Shown one piece after another: positions 58,978 through 64,000 of a DNA stretch of 64,000 nucleotides. The notes below the pieces were generated by a model. It had not been told where the DNA came from. It did no database searches and saw only the letters and a program-made list of their open reading frames with translations. A program made the position numbers and the translations under genes. Source of the DNA: Bradymonadia bacterium (GTDB lineage: Bacteria > Myxococcota_A > Bradymonadia > UBA7976 > UBA1532); NCBI GenBank assembly GCA_046290225.1, contig JBKAGE010000070.1, forward strand, positions 160,001-224,000, in the 5' to 3' direction. How positions within the stretch are numbered: the first letter of the stretch is position 1; each line of letters starts with the position of its first letter.

Positions 58978-60492
58978 ATGAGTGAACAACGCAGCGACGC
59001 TTCCGGGAGTTTCATCCCGTTCCCCGATCTCATCGACCTCGCCTGTGAGCGCTTCGGCGGCCGGGCCCTCGGCGCCAGCGATGAGTTCTTTGCAGAATCC
59101 GAAAACCTGGTGAAGGCCAGCGATCCGATCTGGATCGCCGACAAGTTCACCGACCGCGGCAAGTGGATGGACGGCTGGGAGTCCCGCCGCCACCGCGCCC
59201 CGGGGTACGATTGGGCGGTGGTGGCCCTCGGCGCCCCAGGCAACCTGAAAGCCGTGGACATCGACACCCGCCACTTCCGCGGGAATCACGCTCCCTTCGG
59301 ATCCCTCGAGGCCTGCTTCTGCGCTGAGGGTGATCCCGGCGCCGACACGGAGTGGGTGCAGATCCTGGCGCCGGTGCCGCTGAAGTCGGACGCCCACAAC
59401 GTCTTCGTGCTCTCGAAGAGCGACGAGATCTACAGCCACGTGCGCCTGAACAACTACCCCGACGGAGGCATCGCCCGCTTGCGGGTCTATGGCGTGGTGG
59501 CCCCCCGACCCATCGAAGGCGAGACCGATCTCGCCGCGGCCCTCGCCGGCGCTCGGGTGCTCTGCTGCTCCGACAACTTCTTCAGCCCCAAAGAGCAGCT
59601 CATCTACCCCGGCGAGCCAGAAGACATGGGCGGTGGCTGGGAGTCCCGCCGCCGCCGCGCCCCGGGCCACGACTGGACCATCGTGCAGCTGGCCCAGCCC
59701 GGTGAGATCAGCCGGCTCTCGGTGGGCACCCGCCACTTCAAGGGCAATCACCCCCAAGGCTGCGACGCCGAGGCGGTGTACTGGCCCGACGCGCAGACGA
59801 CCGACTTGATGGCCTACGAAGGCTGGCAACCCCTGCTCGACCGTCAGCCCCTTGGGGCCAACGCCGATCATCACTTCGAGGCCCTGCCCCTGGGGCCCAT
59901 CACCCACGTGCGCCTGAACATCTACCCCGACGGCGGGCTCTCCCGCCTGCGGGTGTACGGCCGCCCGGCCTCGGTGCCTGTAGATGCTCTGGGCCAGCTG
60001 CTCAACGCCACCTCGGGTTTGATGCTCCGCGACATGCTCACCCGCTGCTGCGGCAGCTCGAGCTGGGTCTCGGGAATGATGGCCCGCCGCCCGTTCACGG
60101 ACGAGGCCTCGGTCTTCGCCGCAGCCGCTGAGGTGGAGGCAGAGCTGACCCGAGAGGACTGGCTGGAGGCCTTCAGCCATCACCCGCGCATCGGGGCCAA
60201 TGTCGAAGCGCTGCGTCAGAAGTTCGCCGCCACTGCGAACTGGTCCGAGGGCGAGCAGGCGGGGGTCGCTGGCGCCGACGAGGCGACGCTGGAGGCCCTG
60301 GCAGAAGGCAACCGCGCATACGAGGCGCGGTATGGCTTCATCTTCATCGTGTGCGCTTCGGGACTCACAGCCGCAGAGATGCTGGCGCGCTTGCAAGAGC
60401 GTATGGGCAATGATGTAGAGGCAGAGCTGAAGATCGCCGCGGGAGAGCAGGCGAAGATCTCGCGTTTGCGGTTGCAGAAGCTGGTGGGCTGA
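58978..60492 (+). CDS. alc: Allantoicase fused to OHCU decarboxylase (UraD)
   Basis: Two allantoicase repeats (DGWESRR / GGWESRR, YPDGG twice); C-terminal EAFSHHPRIG, SEGEQAG and YEARYGFIFIVCASG UraD motifs. Confidence 0.9.
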   Translation: MSEQRSDASGSFIPFPDLIDLACERFGGRALGASDEFFAESENLVKASDPIWIADKFTDRGKWMDGWESRRHRAPGYDWAVVALGAPGNLKAVDIDTRHFRGNHAPFGSLEACFCAEGDPGADTEWVQILAPVPLKSDAHNVFVLSKSDEIYSHVRLNNYPDGGIARLRVYGVVAPRPIEGETDLAAALAGARVLCCSDNFFSPKEQLIYPGEPEDMGGGWESRRRRAPGHDWTIVQLAQPGEISRLSVGTRHFKGNHPQGCDAEAVYWPDAQTTDLMAYEGWQPLLDRQPLGANADHHFEALPLGPITHVRLNIYPDGGLSRLRVYGRPASVPVDALGQLLNATSGLMLRDMLTRCCGSSSWVSGMMARRPFTDEASVFAAAAEVEAELTREDWLEAFSHHPRIGANVEALRQKFAATANWSEGEQAGVAGADEATLEALAEGNRAYEARYGFIFIVCASGLTAAEMLARLQERMGNDVEAELKIAAGEQAKISRLRLQKLVG

Positions 60493-60566
60493 GGGAGCTT
60501 ACCTCAGTGCTCTCACGGTTGACCGCACAGATGCTGATTCAGCTTTGAGAGCAGGAGAAGGCACTG

Positions 60567-61112
60567 ATGGCACAACACTATGAGACTCTGGAGGACTTCA
60601 TCTCGGACGCCGCGACAAAAGGCGTCCTGGTGCCTGATGAGCTGGTGGGCTGTAGTGATGAGGAGATATTGGCGCTGGAAGCCAAATACTCTGTCAGATT
60701 GCCGAATCTGTACCGACAATTTCTGCAAACAATGGGTCATGGCTCTGGCCATCTATTTCAGTACGACCATTTTGACGCCCAATACAAGGACGTACTGACT
60801 CTCACAGAGGACTATCGCAACGCCGACCACAGCCTAGATGAGAGCGAATATGCTCCCGAAGTGTACGCAGAGCTGCTCACATTGGGCCCCCCTCCGACTC
60901 TGAGCGAGGACAGCTTCATCATACTCGGACGACTTGGAGACCATTTCGAGTTCATCCAGTGCAAAGCAGCTTCAGATTCTGCGGTGTACTACTTCAACGA
61001 AGAGACACCAGTTCCAACTCAAGGCTGGGGTTCGGTATTGGACTGGCTTGCATCTATGTTGAACGAAGCCACAGAGGCTCTCGCGTCGGGATATTTCGAT
61101 GGTCTTCACTGA
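60567..61112 (+). CDS. SMI1/KNR4 (SUKH) family protein
   Basis: GCSDEEILALEAKYSVRLPNLYRQFL motif; visibly lower GC than the flanks. Confidence 0.85.
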   Translation: MAQHYETLEDFISDAATKGVLVPDELVGCSDEEILALEAKYSVRLPNLYRQFLQTMGHGSGHLFQYDHFDAQYKDVLTLTEDYRNADHSLDESEYAPEVYAELLTLGPPPTLSEDSFIILGRLGDHFEFIQCKAASDSAVYYFNEETPVPTQGWGSVLDWLASMLNEATEALASGYFDGLH

Positions 61113-61235
61113 GAAGTGTCCAGTTCAGTTCTGCCAACTCATTCATATTCCACAGGCCAATACTCGATACAACGCGAGCCTCCAACCTATGAGCAACCCT
61201 ATCGTAGCTCCTGGCGCGGCGACTCAGGGTGAATC

Positions 61236-61676
61236 ATGAAATTCCTATCAACCAAAGACTACTACAACTTCCCCTGCTCCCACCGTCGCTGGCGGCATGA
61301 CGGCCACTGCGCCCACGTGCACGGCTACAGCCGCTCGTTCCACCTCACCTTCGAAGCGTCAGAGCGGAACGAGGTCGGGTTCGTTCTGGACTTTGGGGGC
61401 CCAGCGGCGAAGGAGATCCGCAGGTTTCTCGAAGAGACCTTCGACCACACTCTCCTGCTCGACAGCGACGATCCCCTGCTTCCACGCTTCAGGGAGCTCG
61501 AACAATTAGGCGCGTGTGTGTTGAAGACCTGGGATGACGTGGGCATGGAGGGCACCGCCTTCATGGTCTACGGCAAGGTCTCCGAGATTCTGGCTCGGCA
61601 CGAGAACGGTCGAGTGTGGTGCACACGTATCGAGGTACGGGAGAACAACAAGAACAGCGGTATCTTCATCCCTTAA
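61236..61676 (+). CDS. queD: 6-carboxytetrahydropterin synthase (QueD/PTPS family)
   Basis: SHRRWRHDGHCAHVHGY, VLDFG, FDH and EVREN motifs. Confidence 0.85.
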   Translation: MKFLSTKDYYNFPCSHRRWRHDGHCAHVHGYSRSFHLTFEASERNEVGFVLDFGGPAAKEIRRFLEETFDHTLLLDSDDPLLPRFRELEQLGACVLKTWDDVGMEGTAFMVYGKVSEILARHENGRVWCTRIEVRENNKNSGIFIP

Positions 61677-61703
61677 AAGGGCGCGCTTGCTACACGCCCC
61701 CTT

Positions 61704-62633
61704 CTACAAACGCACGCCCTTCACCGTGAACACATCCGCCTCGCGGACTCGGTCCTCAATCATGGCCACATCACGCAAATACAGCGTGTTCCCCTTCGGC
61801 GCTCGATCAGACAGACGCTCGATCCGGCGGTCGTATGGGTGATATGCGCAGGGCAGATAACCCCAATCCACCATTTGCTGGTGGATCGCCCCCTCGTCGT
61901 GACCGTACCGGCTGCCATGGCCCGTGAGCTCCAGCAGCACCGCCTGGGTCGCGTCTGAAGAGAACACCCGCTCTCCACCAGCGATGACCTCGGCCTCGAA
62001 GCCCTCGACGTCCACCTTGATCAGGAACGGCTTCTCGTCGGCTTCGACGAGCGTGTCCAGAGGCCGGATCGGTACCTCGATGACATCGCCAGCGTAGTCT
62101 TCCCCGTCGGAGAGCACGTGATTTGACATGTCGCTCGAGGCGGTGAACCGCAGCAGGCCCGCGTCGCGGCCCAGACCGCAGTTGTGCAGCCGCACTCGCT
62201 CGGTGAGGCCGTTGAGCAGCATGTTGTCGGTGAGCCCCTTGAAGGTGTGGGGCACCGGCTCGAAGGTGATCGCTCGGGCGCCCACGGCGCCGGCGGCGAG
62301 CACGGTGTAGCTGCCCACGTTGGCGCCCACGTCGAGCATCAGATCGGTGGCCCGCATGGCGTGGAGCACGAAGGCCATGTCCTCGAACTCGTGCAGGCCG
62401 GTGTAGATGTTCCCCGTGGCCCCGGTCATGCCCGGGCGCACCAGGAGCCGGGTGTCGTCGACGAAGGGCGCAGCCACCGCCCCAGGCACGAGGCGGCTGC
62501 CCACCTGCCAGCGAGCGTAGTCTGCCAGAGCGCGTACGCGGTGCTGGCTGCTCAGGGGGTGCTGCCAGATGAACTTGAGGGTCTGCTGTACGAAGTTCAT
62601 GGGGGCCTTCATCGTTTTAGTTATCCGGCTCAT
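61704..62633 (-). CDS. FkbM-family methyltransferase
   Basis: LDVGANVGSY, FEP and IKVDVEGFE motifs. Confidence 0.9.
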   Translation of the reverse strand: MSRITKTMKAPMNFVQQTLKFIWQHPLSSQHRVRALADYARWQVGSRLVPGAVAAPFVDDTRLLVRPGMTGATGNIYTGLHEFEDMAFVLHAMRATDLMLDVGANVGSYTVLAAGAVGARAITFEPVPHTFKGLTDNMLLNGLTERVRLHNCGLGRDAGLLRFTASSDMSNHVLSDGEDYAGDVIEVPIRPLDTLVEADEKPFLIKVDVEGFEAEVIAGGERVFSSDATQAVLLELTGHGSRYGHDEGAIHQQMVDWGYLPCAYHPYDRRIERLSDRAPKGNTLYLRDVAMIEDRVREADVFTVKGVRL

Positions 62634-64000
62634 CTACACGCGCCTGTATCGGTGCATTGGCCCCCGTTACATGAGGCAGGGAAGTTGCCGGCGCACTCGC
62701 ACCAGTCACCGTCGGGGCAACAGAACTGCCACCCGCACTGGTTGCAGCGGCGCCATTCGGTGCCGTCGCCGTTGCCGCAGCTGCCCCAGGTGCACTGGTT
62801 GCTGCAGGTGCGCGCTCCACACTCGCCGCAGTCGCCTTGGGATCCGGGGGCGCACACCCCCTGCCCTTCACAGGCGCCCCACTGGCACGCGTCGGTGCAG
62901 CGGCGCGTACCGCAGTTGCCACAGGCCTCGCTCTGCCCCGGGCGGCACACGCCGGCCCCGGCGCAGGCGCTCCAGTCGCCCCAGCGCTGATCATTGCCGC
63001 AGGTCCGGCTGCGCTCGCCACAGCCGTTGGGGCACGGGCCGCGCTCCACCTGCCCCGGAGTGCACTCACCGGCGCCGACACACTCACCAGCCCCCATACA
63101 GGTCGAGCCCGCAGGGCAAGGCTCGGCCAGGGCAAAGCGCGGGCACGGATCGCTGCGGATGCACACCTCGGGATCCTGGATGCCGCACCGACGCTCGCCG
63201 AGCGTGCAGCTGCCCGGGCAGGCGGCGACGCACGATCCAGCGTTGCAGGTCTGCCCAGCGCCACAGGGCTGGGGGGCACCCAGCACCATGCAGCCCTCGG
63301 GGCCCTGCTCGCAGATACGTCGGCTGTCACCATCACACTCCACCTCGCCGGCAACGCACGCATCCGTGCAGCTGCCCACACACCCCTCGCCGGCGACACA
63401 GCGCTGGCCGTTGGGGCAGGGTTGAGCATTGGACCAGCTGAGGCAGCCTCCTGTCTCAACGCAGACTTGCTGACGGCCCTCGTCGAGGCAGGCCCGGGCC
63501 CCGGATTCGGGGCAGGCGTCGACACAATCAGTGCCTGTGGGGCGGCATTGCCCTGCGGTGCAGGTCTCTCCCTGAGCGCAGGGTTGAGGGCCGCCCCAGG
63601 CGGGGCAGCCGTTCTTCTCGGCGCACTCGGCGAAGCTGTTGAGCGACAGACAGCGCTGCTCACCAAAGGTGCAGTCGGCGGGGCACGCTTCAGCCAGACA
63701 GCGGCCGTCTTCGCAGATCTCACCGCCGAAGCATGGCCGTCCGGCGCCCCACTCCAGGCAGCCCTGAGGGCCCAACACGCACTCTGAGATCAGCTCGCCT
63801 TCGCATCGCTGTTCGCCGGTGTTGCATTCGGAGGTGCACCCCTCACCGCCTTCGGGCGCGCACTCGCCGGCGGCGCAGATCAGCCCGTCGAGGCAGGGCT
63901 CTCGGGGGCCATAGGTGCCCCCCTCGTCGCAGCGTTGTACGGCGTTGGCCACACAGCGCGAGGTGCCCGGCTCACACGACAGCTCAGTCTCTTCGGCGTC
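62630..64000 (-). CDS. Cysteine-rich repeat protein (5' end beyond window)
   Basis: Frame is open to the window edge (DAEETELSCEPGTSRC...); repeated C..GE.RC...C....GC..W....C units; ATGA overlap with the FkbM gene. Confidence 0.85.
   Translation of the reverse strand, partial: DAEETELSCEPGTSRCVANAVQRCDEGGTYGPREPCLDGLICAAGECAPEGGEGCTSECNTGEQRCEGELISECVLGPQGCLEWGAGRPCFGGEICEDGRCLAEACPADCTFGEQRCLSLNSFAECAEKNGCPAWGGPQPCAQGETCTAGQCRPTGTDCVDACPESGARACLDEGRQQVCVETGGCLSWSNAQPCPNGQRCVAGEGCVGSCTDACVAGEVECDGDSRRICEQGPEGCMVLGAPQPCGAGQTCNAGSCVAACPGSCTLGERRCGIQDPEVCIRSDPCPRFALAEPCPAGSTCMGAGECVGAGECTPGQVERGPCPNGCGERSRTCGNDQRWGDWSACAGAGVCRPGQSEACGNCGTRRCTDACQWGACEGQGVCAPGSQGDCGECGARTCSNQCTWGSCGNGDGTEWRRCNQCGWQFCCPDGDWCECAGNFPASCNGGQCTDTGACR

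Overview
High-GC (roughly two-thirds G+C by eye) bacterial DNA. Its many Cys-rich and Gly-rich-tethered lipoproteins suggest a myxobacterium-like organism (Myxococcota); this is an inference. About 45 CDSs can be supported. I found no rRNA, tRNA, CRISPR array or transposase. Recognisable content includes a NIT-domain chemoreceptor, an RND efflux operon whose TolC carries an N-terminal periplasmic-binding-type domain, a thiol-redox cluster, acyl-CoA dehydrogenase, a macrodomain, a pentaheme cytochrome, Lon, an ABC exporter, PFK, an allantoicase-OHCU decarboxylase fusion, SMI1/KNR4 and QueD. The best candidate for an undescribed system is a translationally coupled operon (30431-40628, minus strand) of three paralogous ClpA/ClpB-like double AAA+ proteins. 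All three have HicB-like N-terminal modules, a Glu-less Walker B in NBD1, no GYVG pore loop in NBD2, and a C-terminal domain resembling class-1 peptide release factors but lacking GGQ. I infer a possible ribosome-associated heteromeric unfoldase. Other highlights are an apparently catalytically dead, TOPRIM-less GyrB paralogue, a 339-bp inverted-repeat element containing (CGGGCA)5 tracts, an alternating purine-pyrimidine/GCACATGTGC tract in a 1.3-kb gene-poor gap, and a palindrome shared by an XRE regulator and a probable target gene. All family calls come from motif recognition by eye, with no database searches.
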